From the IMG/VR virus record IMGVR_UViG_3300034279_000522: a DNA stretch of 64,000 nt. One strand, written 5' to 3'. The position numbers were made by a program, and so were the translations under genes. Shown here in pieces: positions 55,504-64,000 of this stretch. This DNA is from an uncultured virus (IMG/VR IMGVR_UViG_3300034279_000522). Its lineage: Duplodnaviria > Heunggongvirae > Uroviricota > Caudoviricetes. Every line of letters begins with the position of its first letter. The first letter of the stretch is position 1. Under the pieces are notes generated by a model. It was not told where the DNA came from. It did no database searches and worked only from the letters and a program-made list of their open reading frames with translations.

Positions 55504-57192
55504 ATGGCTTTTCAGTTATCGCCTGGAGTCCTAGTTACCGAGCAAGACCTTACTAATGTAGTTCCAGCAGTTTCAACATCTGCTGGTGCATTCGTTGGCA
55601 ACTTCGCATGGGGACCAGCGCAAGAAATCGTTACTATTGGATCTGAAAACGAACTTGTAAGTAAGTTCGGTGGACCAAATAGCACTAATGCAGTAGACTT
55701 CTATTCTGCTGCAAACTTCCTAGCATATACTACCAACCTCAAACTCGTTCGTGCAGTCGGTTCGACCGCAAGAAACGCTGTTGGATGCGGTCAAACTGCA
55801 GTTCTCATTCCAAACCAAACCGTTTATGAAGATAGTTTCAGCGATGGTACTGAAACATATGAATTTGCTGCAAAGTATCCTGGAACAAAAGGTAACAGTC
55901 TGATTGTTTCAATCTGTGACTCAACTGGTTTCGACACATGGGATTATGCAGCGAATTTCTCTGGTGCGCCAGGAACTTCTGCCTATGCTGCTGCTAAGGG
56001 TGCATCTAAAGATGAAGTCCACGTAATCGTAGTCGATAATCTCGGGATGTTCACAGGAACTGCAGGAACAGTTCTTGAGAAGTTCCCATATTTGTCAGTT
56101 GCATCCGATGCAAAGGGCAATGACGGTGGAACACTCTACTATAAGAACGTAATCAACACACAATCAAAGTATGCTTGGTGGGGTAAACACCCAACTCAGG
56201 ATGATACTGAAGACCTTTCATGGGGTGCTGCTGCCAGCGCTGGTGTATATCAACCTATCGATACTGCGGGTGAACACACTTGCACGTTCACAGGTGGTGT
56301 TGATGCTGCCCCTGCTACTGGCGATCTTGAAGATGGTTACTCGTTGTTTACAGATAAAGAACTAGTAGATATCTCTCTTGTAATTACTGGCGGACACAGT
56401 GACGCTGTTTGCCAACATGCAATTGATACACTTTCACTTGGTCGTTTAGATTGCGTTACCTTTGTTTCTCCTCCTCTTGCCGCTGTCAAGAACAACTCAG
56501 GGGATGAAGCAGATGATATCGTCACATACTTCAAAGAAGATCTAAATCGTTTCAGTTCGTATGTTGTTGCTGACTCAGGTTGGAAGCGCCAATACGATCG
56601 TTACAATGACGTGTTTGTAAACGTTCCTTTGAACGCTGACATTGCTGGTCTTTGTGCACGTACTGACAATACCAATGATCCATGGTTCTCACCTGCTGGT
56701 CTAAATCGTGGTGCGATTAAGAATGTTGTTAAACTTCTTTGGTCTCCAAACCAAACAAATCGCGACGAATTGTATAAGAATGGTATCAACCCTGTTGCAA
56801 GTCTTGCAGGAAACGGTATTGTTCTCTATGGTGACAAGACACTTCTTGCTAAACCATCGGCATTCGATCGTATCAATGTTCGTCGTCTGTTCATCGTTCT
56901 TGAGAAGGCAATCTCGACTGCTGCTAAGTTCCAGTTGTTCGAATTCAACGATGTCTTTACTCGTGCACAGTTCAAGTCGATCGTAGAACCATTCCTCCGC
57001 GATGTTCGTGGTCGCCGTGGTATCTTTGACTTCCGTGTTGTGTGTGACGAATCAAATAACACTGGCGAAGTAATTGACCGTAACGAATTCGTTGCTGACA
57101 TCTTTATCAAACCAGCAAAATCGATTAACTTCATCAAATTGAATTTCGTCGCTACGAGAACTTCAATTTCGTTTGAAGAAGTCGGCGCATAA
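55504..57192 (+). CDS. gp18: Tail sheath gp18
   Basis: LSPGV, WFSPAG..RG, FDRINVRRLF, FEFND..TR; TATAAATA at 55453. Confidence 0.97.
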   Translation: MAFQLSPGVLVTEQDLTNVVPAVSTSAGAFVGNFAWGPAQEIVTIGSENELVSKFGGPNSTNAVDFYSAANFLAYTTNLKLVRAVGSTARNAVGCGQTAVLIPNQTVYEDSFSDGTETYEFAAKYPGTKGNSLIVSICDSTGFDTWDYAANFSGAPGTSAYAAAKGASKDEVHVIVVDNLGMFTGTAGTVLEKFPYLSVASDAKGNDGGTLYYKNVINTQSKYAWWGKHPTQDDTEDLSWGAAASAGVYQPIDTAGEHTCTFTGGVDAAPATGDLEDGYSLFTDKELVDISLVITGGHSDAVCQHAIDTLSLGRLDCVTFVSPPLAAVKNNSGDEADDIVTYFKEDLNRFSSYVVADSGWKRQYDRYNDVFVNVPLNADIAGLCARTDNTNDPWFSPAGLNRGAIKNVVKLLWSPNQTNRDELYKNGINPVASLAGNGIVLYGDKTLLAKPSAFDRINVRRLFIVLEKAISTAAKFQLFEFNDVFTRAQFKSIVEPFLRDVRGRRGIFDFRVVCDESNNTGEVIDRNEFVADIFIKPAKSINFIKLNFVATRTSISFEEVGA

Positions 57193-57225
57193 CCCTATAA
57201 ATAAGAAAGAAATGGAGATCTAATA

Positions 57226-57765
57226 ATGGATATTTCACAATTTAAGGGGTTACTTGGGGCTGGTGGTGCAAGACCTAACCAATTCCGCGTACTCCTAACC
57301 TTCCCTCAATTGGTTGGTGCAAACATCGGTGAGGCATCTTTGCTTGTTACGGGTGCTGCACTTCCTGCGTCTAACGTAAACCCAACTCTACTTCAGTATC
57401 GTGGTCGTGAAGTTAAACTCGCTGGTGAGCGTGTCTTCGATCCATGGACAATTACTATTGTAAACGATACAGAATTTAAACTTCGTCGTCCATTCGAAAG
57501 ATGGATGAATCTCATGAACAATCTGGTCACCAACAGAGGTGAAACTAGACCAAGCAGCTACCAAACAGAAATCACTGTGACGCATCTTGATCGCAACGAT
57601 GTTCCTCTTCAAACCTATGTACTTGCAGATGCATTCCCGATTAACATGTCGGAAATTGCTCTTCAGTATGGTCAGAACGATGTCGTTGAAGAGTTTACAG
57701 TAACATTCCAGTACCAGCACTATACCACTTTTGCTGGTGGTCGTCCTGAAGAAACTCTTGCGTAA
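57226..57765 (+). CDS. gp19: Tail tube gp19
   Basis: GGARPNQF, YRGREVKLAGERVFDPWTIT, EEFTVTF; TATAAATA at 57196. Confidence 0.95.
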   Translation: MDISQFKGLLGAGGARPNQFRVLLTFPQLVGANIGEASLLVTGAALPASNVNPTLLQYRGREVKLAGERVFDPWTITIVNDTEFKLRRPFERWMNLMNNLVTNRGETRPSSYQTEITVTHLDRNDVPLQTYVLADAFPINMSEIALQYGQNDVVEEFTVTFQYQHYTTFAGGRPEETLA

Positions 57766-57787
57766 TATTGAAAAGTAAAATTGAATA

Positions 57788-59302
57788 ATGGAAATTTTTG
57801 GTTATAAAGTTGAAAAATCCAAGGCGGCACCGACGGAAAAATCGTTTGTGCCGCCAACGGACGATGGCGGTTCCGATGTCATAAAGGCAGGTGGTTATTT
57901 TGGCACCTACCTTGACTTAGACGGAACCGCCAACACCGAGGCAGAACTTATTAAAAAGTATCGCGACATTGCCTTCATGGCAGATGTCGATTCTGCCATT
58001 GATGATATCGTGAATGATTCTATTTCAAACCTCGACGATGAACGTCCAGTTGAAATCAATCTTGATAATGTCAAACTATCTGACTCTATTAAGAAAAAGA
58101 TTCAACTAGAGTTTGAATCAGTTTTAGATCTATTAGAGTTTAATCTAAGAGCGCAAGACTATTATCGTCGTTGGTATATTGATGGTAGAATTTACTTTCA
58201 TAAAGTAATTGATACCGCAAAACCAAAAGAAGGTATTACTGATATTCGTTTTATCGATCCTCGTAAGATTAAAAAAGTCCGAGAGATCTTTAAAGAAAAA
58301 GATGAAAAATCAGGTGTTGAGTTCATCAAGAAGATCGAAGAATACTTTGTTTATAATGAACGTGGCATTGTCCTGGATAAAGCACAAACTGCTTCTCCTG
58401 GATCTGCTGCAACAATGAGGGTTACTAGGGATGCGATTTGTTATGTTCCTTCTGGTCTAAGTGATCAGGATAAGAACATCCCATTGTCGTATCTGCATAA
58501 AGCGATCCGTCCCGCCAATCAGTTGCGCATGATGGAAAACGCTGCAGTAATCTACAGAATTTCGAGAGCACCAGAACGTCGCGTATTCTATGTTGACGTT
58601 GGTAATCTCCCTAAGATTAAAGCGGAACAATACCTTGCTGGTATTATGAATCAGTATAGAAATAAACTGGTCTATGATGGTAACACTGGTGAAATCCGCG
58701 ACGATAAAAAGTTTATGTCAATGCTTGAAGATTTCTGGTTGCCTCGCCGCGAAGGTGGTAGAGGAACCCAGATTGAAACACTTCCAGGTGGTCAGAGTCT
58801 CGGCGAAATCGGTGACATCGACTACTTCCAGAAGAAACTATTTCAATCATTGAACGTTCCAATTTCAAGAATGCAACAGCAGTCTGGATTAAACTTCGGA
58901 CGTGCTGCTGAAATTAATCGCGATGAGTGGAAGTTTACTAAGTTTATTGCTAAACTTCGTCGTCGTTTCTCTCTTCTGTTCGACGATCTTCTTAAGACCC
59001 AGTTAATCCTCAAGGGTATCATTACCGAGGCAGACTGGAATCTGATTAAGAACAATATTGAATACAAGTATGCTACTGATGCATATTATACTGAGTCGAA
59101 AGAACAGCAAATTATACAATCTCGCGTTGAGATTCTTAATGGGATGGCAAATTATATCGGCACGTTATACAGCAAAGAATATGTCCAAAAGAATATTCTC
59201 AAACTAACTGATGACGATATTGCACAAATTGAATTAGATAATAAGGCGGATCCAGTTCAATTAGAACCTGCGATGCAACCGCCGCCAGAAGAAGGACAAT
59301 AA
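57788..59302 (+). CDS. gp20: Portal protein gp20
   Basis: WYIDGR, SYLHKAI, YRISRAPERRVFYVDVGNLP, MLEDFWLPRREGGRGT. Confidence 0.98.
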   Translation: MEIFGYKVEKSKAAPTEKSFVPPTDDGGSDVIKAGGYFGTYLDLDGTANTEAELIKKYRDIAFMADVDSAIDDIVNDSISNLDDERPVEINLDNVKLSDSIKKKIQLEFESVLDLLEFNLRAQDYYRRWYIDGRIYFHKVIDTAKPKEGITDIRFIDPRKIKKVREIFKEKDEKSGVEFIKKIEEYFVYNERGIVLDKAQTASPGSAATMRVTRDAICYVPSGLSDQDKNIPLSYLHKAIRPANQLRMMENAAVIYRISRAPERRVFYVDVGNLPKIKAEQYLAGIMNQYRNKLVYDGNTGEIRDDKKFMSMLEDFWLPRREGGRGTQIETLPGGQSLGEIGDIDYFQKKLFQSLNVPISRMQQQSGLNFGRAAEINRDEWKFTKFIAKLRRRFSLLFDDLLKTQLILKGIITEADWNLIKNNIEYKYATDAYYTESKEQQIIQSRVEILNGMANYIGTLYSKEYVQKNILKLTDDDIAQIELDNKADPVQLEPAMQPPPEEGQ

Positions 59303-59304
59303 TA

Positions 59305-59505
59305 ATGGACAATACTGAGGTTATTAAAAGTTTAATAAATAATATCGAAGCAGGTAATATGACTGATGCGAACGATGATTTCAGCGCTGCGTTAGATTTA
59401 AAACTTGCAGATATTCTTTCTGCTCGTCGCGAAGAAATGGCAAATGCTGTTTTTAATTCGAGCGAAGAAGTAGAAACAGAAGGGGATCCCGATGAAGACG
59501 TATAA
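59305..59505 (+). CDS. Small acidic prohead core protein (gp67-like)
   Basis: Position right after the portal; acidic and helical. Confidence 0.6.
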   Translation: MDNTEVIKSLINNIEAGNMTDANDDFSAALDLKLADILSARREEMANAVFNSSEEVETEGDPDEDV

Positions 59506-60583
59506 AGAATTGGTAGAAGGTATCAATGAAACTCTCTCTTTACTAGAGGAAGTCGAAGGTCTTCATGAAGATCTCGGTAAACATCTTGCGCATGCTGTTA
59601 AACATTTGGGTATTGCACAAATCGGCGATGTCGATCATCCAGAGAAGCACGAGAAAAAGTTCCACGACGCCGTAGAAAAAGTAAGACAGTCTCACGGAGA
59701 ACAAGCGGCGAAAGACTTTCACGCCCATGCTCATGATGAAGCCCATCACTTAACAGGATCTGGTCCTGGTGAACGAGGATCGCAGTTCCATAAACATATG
59801 TCAGACAGCGAAAAGAAATCATATACTAAGCATTTTAATAAACTTCTAGGCGAAGAAGTCGAAGGTATCCAAGAACTTTCAACGGATACGCTTAGAAAGT
59901 ATAGAACAAAAGCGAAAGATGATGCATACGATGCAGCTGATGTTGATGACGATCGTCGCCTTCGTAAACGTTCAATGGGTTCGTGGGATGCTGGTAAAAA
60001 GATTCTAAAGCGTGGCGATAAACTGCGAGCAGAAGAATTCGATTTCGATTTATTCGAATCAATTATGCTAGGCGAAGGCGATCTATCCATTCGCACTTTG
60101 TATAACAAATATGCAGATCATGCTCTGGGTTCTGGAGATAGTCCAGAACCCAAGAAAGCTGCTGCAGTCAAAAAAGCAATTACCAAGGTTCATGGTTCGA
60201 CTGTTATGGGTCATCTAGAAAAAGCCAAGAATGCTGCTGCTAAAAATGATCAAGATTCAGAAAGTCATCATTTCAACGCTGCTAGAAATGCAGCAAAAAC
60301 AGACACTATGAGTGCAACTGTTGGTAAGAATCGTTCTTCTATGCGAAAAGAAGAATTCGATCTTGATGAAAGTCGTATGAAAGATCTGGCGACGGATATG
60401 GAATCATTGTCGCATGCAGATTTTAAAAGAAAACATAGAAGAACAAAGCAAGAAATGCAAAGTTCTTTGAAATCTGAAGAACTAAAGGGTAATCAACATA
60501 AGATTGATGCCAATAAGAATGGTAAGGTTGACGGACACGATTTCAAGATCCTTCGTAATCAGAAAAAAGCAAGATACCAGTAA
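59492..60583 (+). CDS. Putative prohead core/internal protein, modular (363 aa)
   Basis: MKTYKEL N-terminus, repeated EEVEG/EEFD junctions, His/Lys-rich modules; between portal and protease. Confidence 0.6.
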   Translation: MKTYKELVEGINETLSLLEEVEGLHEDLGKHLAHAVKHLGIAQIGDVDHPEKHEKKFHDAVEKVRQSHGEQAAKDFHAHAHDEAHHLTGSGPGERGSQFHKHMSDSEKKSYTKHFNKLLGEEVEGIQELSTDTLRKYRTKAKDDAYDAADVDDDRRLRKRSMGSWDAGKKILKRGDKLRAEEFDFDLFESIMLGEGDLSIRTLYNKYADHALGSGDSPEPKKAAAVKKAITKVHGSTVMGHLEKAKNAAAKNDQDSESHHFNAARNAAKTDTMSATVGKNRSSMRKEEFDLDESRMKDLATDMESLSHADFKRKHRRTKQEMQSSLKSEELKGNQHKIDANKNGKVDGHDFKILRNQKKARYQ

Positions 60584-60593
60584 GGAATATTAG

Positions 60594-60971
60594 ATGGCAA
60601 CTAAGGCGGTTCTAAAACTAACACAGGTTCATGGTGTGGTGAAAGTGCGTGGCACGGGATCCGCTACCATCGCGCTTGCCACCGATCTGAAGAAGACTTC
60701 AGAAACTCAATCTTCACCAAAGGCGAACATTCGCACTCTTCATTGGGCGTGTGCAGTAGCAACCACTGCTACTATTGCGAGAGACGGGGAAGTTCTGTAC
60801 TATCTTTCAGGATCTGGTAAGATGGAATTCATGGGTTGGTCTGACAACGAAGAAAACGGTTCAGACATCGTCGTAGATTTCTCGTCAGGTACTGGTTCAG
60901 TAGTTCTAGAACTTGCTAAGGTTTCTGGATATGGTTCGCAGCAACATCAGGACCAAGGAGATTTAGGATAA
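60594..60971 (+). CDS. Hypothetical protein (125 aa) in the head module
   Basis: AAGGA RBS; TAATG coupling to gp21. Confidence 0.75.
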   Translation: MATKAVLKLTQVHGVVKVRGTGSATIALATDLKKTSETQSSPKANIRTLHWACAVATTATIARDGEVLYYLSGSGKMEFMGWSDNEENGSDIVVDFSSGTGSVVLELAKVSGYGSQQHQDQGDLG

Positions 60972-61627
60972 TGAAACTTATTACTGAAGTAAACGACAAC
61001 GTTCGTTATATCACTGAAGAAAAAGACGGTAAGAAATCCCTCTACATTGAAGGTGTTTTCCTACAATCAAATCTCAAGAATCGTAATGGACGTATGTATC
61101 CTGCTGAGATTATGGAAAAAGAAGTTGAGCGTTACATGTCTGAAGCAGTGAACAACAAGAGAGCATTCGGCGAACTTGGTCACCCAGACGGTCCTTCAAT
61201 TAACCTCGACCGTGTATCTCATATCGTTACCGAACTCTATAGAGATGGCGATAACTGGATGGGTAAAGCGAAGATCACTGATACTCCTATGGGTAATATT
61301 GCCCGTGGTTTGATTGAATCAGGTGGTCAACTTGGCGTTTCTTCAAGAGGACTTGGTACTCTGAAAGAGAATAGAGATGGGGTTCAGATCGTCCAAGACG
61401 ATTTCCATCTTGCAACCGCAGCAGATATTGTTGCGGATCCTTCTGCTCCTGATGCTTTCGTAAGAGGGATTATGGAAAATAAAGAATGGGTGATTGTTAA
61501 CGGTCTGTGGACTGAACAAGCAAATGATATGGCGAAAAAGGTCATCAAGAAGGCGAGCAAAAAGCAACTCGAAGAAGCAAAGATGGTAGTTTTTGAGAAT
61601 TTCCTCAATAGACTTGCTAGAATTTAA
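60971..61627 (+). CDS. gp21: Prohead protease gp21
   Basis: IEGVFLQ..KNRNGR.Y, GELGHP, GVSSRGLG, DIVADPSAPDAFV. Confidence 0.97.
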   Translation: MKLITEVNDNVRYITEEKDGKKSLYIEGVFLQSNLKNRNGRMYPAEIMEKEVERYMSEAVNNKRAFGELGHPDGPSINLDRVSHIVTELYRDGDNWMGKAKITDTPMGNIARGLIESGGQLGVSSRGLGTLKENRDGVQIVQDDFHLATAADIVADPSAPDAFVRGIMENKEWVIVNGLWTEQANDMAKKVIKKASKKQLEEAKMVVFENFLNRLARI

Positions 61628-61678
61628 AGTTTCTTTATTATAAATAAAAGACTAAGATCCGAAATTTAGGAGAAAAAA

Positions 61679-62890
61679 ATGACTGTAGAAAGAAAAATCA
61701 GAGAGTTGCTTGCTGGAAAGCAAGCGATTACTGAAGCTTCTGACGGTGATATGACCGCACCAAAGCAAGGTAGTTCGGTCACATCTTCATCAGAAAAGAT
61801 GGGTGCTTCGAATGGTAAAGATACCTCGAAAGCAGCTAAGTCGAACACATCGGGTGACCAAACTCAACCACGTCAAGGTTCTTCAGCAGACGCACCACAC
61901 CAAGACCGTGATGGTGATGCTGACGAAAACCAAGGCGCAAAGGTTGCAGTAAACGCTAAGGATACTTCCGACTCGTCAGGTCCTGCATCTGGTCCAGGTG
62001 ATGCACCAAACTTCACTACTGTTGCTGATCCAAGATCGGTTGTAAATCAACCATCTTCTAAGGGCAACGTTCATAAAGAAGAAGTTGAACCAGAAGACGA
62101 CGATCTGATTGAAGACGATATCGAAGACGAAGATGAAGACGAAGATGCTGAAGAAGATCTCGAAGAAGATTTCTCAGCAGAACTCGCAACTCTATTCGAC
62201 GGTAACGAAGATCTAACTGAAGAATTCCGTGGCAAGGCAGCATCGCTGTTTGAAGCAATGGTTTCTGCATCGGTCAACGTTAAAGCAGCAGCACTCGAAG
62301 AAGCACTTATCCAAGAAGCTGCTGCTCTTATGGAAGAATTTAAGGATGACCTCGTTGAAAAGGTTGATTCTTATCTAACTTATGTCGCTGAACAGTATAT
62401 TGCTGAAAACGAACTCGCTGTTGAGAACGGTCTCCGTTCAGACATCACTGAGTCGTTTATTGCAGGACTTAAGAATCTGTTTTCGGAACACTATATTGAG
62501 GTTCCTGAAGAGAAATATGATGTGCTTGGTGAAATGCAAGTCGAGATTGAAAACCTTCAAGCTCGTGTGGACCAAACTATGACTGCAAATGTAGAACTGC
62601 ATGCTGAAAATACTAAACTTCAAAGAGAGAGCGTACTTATCGCGGTTACTGAAAACCTCGCTAAGACCGATGCTGAGAAGTTTGTAAGTATTGTTGCTGA
62701 TGTAGAATTCGAGAACGCAGAAATTTTCGAAGAAAAGTTGAATGTCATTAGAGAAAATTATTTCCCTAAAGCACAACCTAACACGGAAGAAAAGATGACT
62801 GATGGTCTAGATGAAACTAATGCGTATGCTGGATCTCCTCTTATGGAGAAGTATACGAAGGTTCTAGACAAAATGTCATCTCAAATCTAA
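61679..62890 (+). CDS. gp22: Prohead scaffold gp22
   Basis: Acidic; FRGKAASLFEA, KVDSYLTYV, LKNLFSEHYIEVP, IRENYF; TATAAATA at 61639. Confidence 0.92.
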   Translation: MTVERKIRELLAGKQAITEASDGDMTAPKQGSSVTSSSEKMGASNGKDTSKAAKSNTSGDQTQPRQGSSADAPHQDRDGDADENQGAKVAVNAKDTSDSSGPASGPGDAPNFTTVADPRSVVNQPSSKGNVHKEEVEPEDDDLIEDDIEDEDEDEDAEEDLEEDFSAELATLFDGNEDLTEEFRGKAASLFEAMVSASVNVKAAALEEALIQEAAALMEEFKDDLVEKVDSYLTYVAEQYIAENELAVENGLRSDITESFIAGLKNLFSEHYIEVPEEKYDVLGEMQVEIENLQARVDQTMTANVELHAENTKLQRESVLIAVTENLAKTDAEKFVSIVADVEFENAEIFEEKLNVIRENYFPKAQPNTEEKMTDGLDETNAYAGSPLMEKYTKVLDKMSSQI

Positions 62891-62939
62891 ATAAATATAA
62901 ATAATAAGTTGAAATAAAAAACCCTACAAGGAGAAAAAA

Positions 62940-64000
62940 ATGTTTCTTTCAGAATCTCTACAAAAGAAGTGGGAGCCTGTCCTAAACCATGATGGTATGG
63001 GACAAATCAAGGATTCCTACAAGCGTGCAGTTACTGCAGTTGTTCTCGAAAACCAACAAAAGGCTCTTCAAGAAGAAAAGACTGCGTTGTTCGAAACTCC
63101 AGCAAACGCTACAGGCTCTGGCATCGATAACTACGATCCAATTCTAATCTCGCTCGTTCGTCGTGCGCTGCCTAACTTGATGGCATATGACGTTGCTGGC
63201 GTTCAACCAATGACTGGACCAGTTGGTCTTATCTTCGCAATGAAGTCACGCTACAGCACACAATCTGGCACTGAAGCACTCTTCAACGAAGCAGATACTG
63301 ACTTCGCTGGTACAGGAACTCACGCTGGTTCAAACCCAGTTGATGGTTCTTACACCACAGGTACTGGTATTGCTACTGCTGACGCTGAAGCACTTGGTGA
63401 ATCAGGCGGAACTGACTTCAATGAGATGGCATTCAGCATCGAGAAGACAACTGTAACTGCTAAGACACGTGCTCTTAAAGCAGAATACACAGTAGAACTT
63501 GCTCAGGATCTCAAGGCAATTCACGGTCTTGACGCTGAGTCAGAACTCTCGAACATCCTTTCACAAGAAATTCTTGCTGAAATCAACCGCGAAGTTATCC
63601 GTACGATCTATAAGGTTGCTAAGCCAGGTGCTGCTTCGACAGCAACTGCTGGTACTTTCGATCTTGACGTTGACTCAAACGGTCGTTGGTCGGTTGAGCG
63701 TTTCAAGGGTCTTCTGTTCAACATCGAACGTGATGCTAACGTAATCGCTCAAGACACTCGTCGCGGTAAGGGTAACTTCATCATCTGTTCGTCAGACGTT
63801 GCTGCTGCTCTTGCAATGGCAGGTATGCTTGACACAGGTGGTGCACTTAACGGTTCGCCAACTCTGAACGTTGATGACACAGGTAATACTTTTGCTGGTG
63901 TTCTTAACGGTCGTTACAAGGTATACGTTGATCCATATTCAGCAAACCAAGGTGCTGCATCGCAGTTCTATGTTGTTGGTTATAAGGGTGCGAATGCTTA
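62940..64000 (+). CDS. gp23: Major capsid protein gp23 (runs off the window end)
   Basis: Manual translation MFLSESLQKKWEPVL...DPILISLVRRALPNLMAYDVAGVQPMTGPVGLIFAM; AGGAG RBS; TATAAATA at 62896. Confidence 0.97.
   Translation, partial: MFLSESLQKKWEPVLNHDGMGQIKDSYKRAVTAVVLENQQKALQEEKTALFETPANATGSGIDNYDPILISLVRRALPNLMAYDVAGVQPMTGPVGLIFAMKSRYSTQSGTEALFNEADTDFAGTGTHAGSNPVDGSYTTGTGIATADAEALGESGGTDFNEMAFSIEKTTVTAKTRALKAEYTVELAQDLKAIHGLDAESELSNILSQEILAEINREVIRTIYKVAKPGAASTATAGTFDLDVDSNGRWSVERFKGLLFNIERDANVIAQDTRRGKGNFIICSSDVAAALAMAGMLDTGGALNGSPTLNVDDTGNTFAGVLNGRYKVYVDPYSANQGAASQFYVVGYKGANA

Noticed and set aside
53810..64000. Introns, inteins or homing endonucleases in terminase, portal or capsid genes
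   Set aside because: ORFs are continuous and of ordinary length with no visible LAGLIDADG, HNH, GIY-YIG or intein motifs
1..64000. Alternative genetic code or stop-codon reassignment
   Set aside because: Core genes translate full length in the standard code and TAA, TAG and TGA all occur as real stops

Overview
The window is a contiguous piece of a large T4-like myovirus genome, probably infecting an alphaproteobacterium (inferred from a circularly permuted tmRNA with tag ANDNVAFALAA). Left to right it holds: an accessory/replication block (carbamoyltransferase, DenV-like glycosylase, PhoH, exonuclease, tmRNA, SleB-like hydrolase, gp33, gp59, gp32); a minus-strand tail/hub operon (gp4, gp2, gp54-like, gp26, gp51, putative tape measure); baseplate genes (gp48, gp53, hub-M23 fusion, split gp5, gp25, gp6, gp7-like, gp8, VrlC-like); a ~17 kb fibre and modification island; then the neck/terminase/tail/head module gp13-gp23, with gp23 truncated by the window end. 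Most notable: (1) a candidate programmed -1 frameshift (T TTT TTC plus hairpin) fusing gp26 to gp51 directly upstream of the putative tape measure gene, resembling the lambda G/GT chaperone arrangement; (2) two paralogous [Y/F]-x-G-x repeat proteins, one with a mirror-symmetric out-and-back repeat layout, next to five glycosyltransferase-like genes, a methyltransferase-like gene and an oxygenase-like gene, suggesting a modified virion-fibre system; (3) the phage-borne two-piece tmRNA; (4) a genetically split gp5 in a hub carrying three peptidoglycan hydrolase families. All product calls come from motif recognition and synteny by eye; no database search was run.
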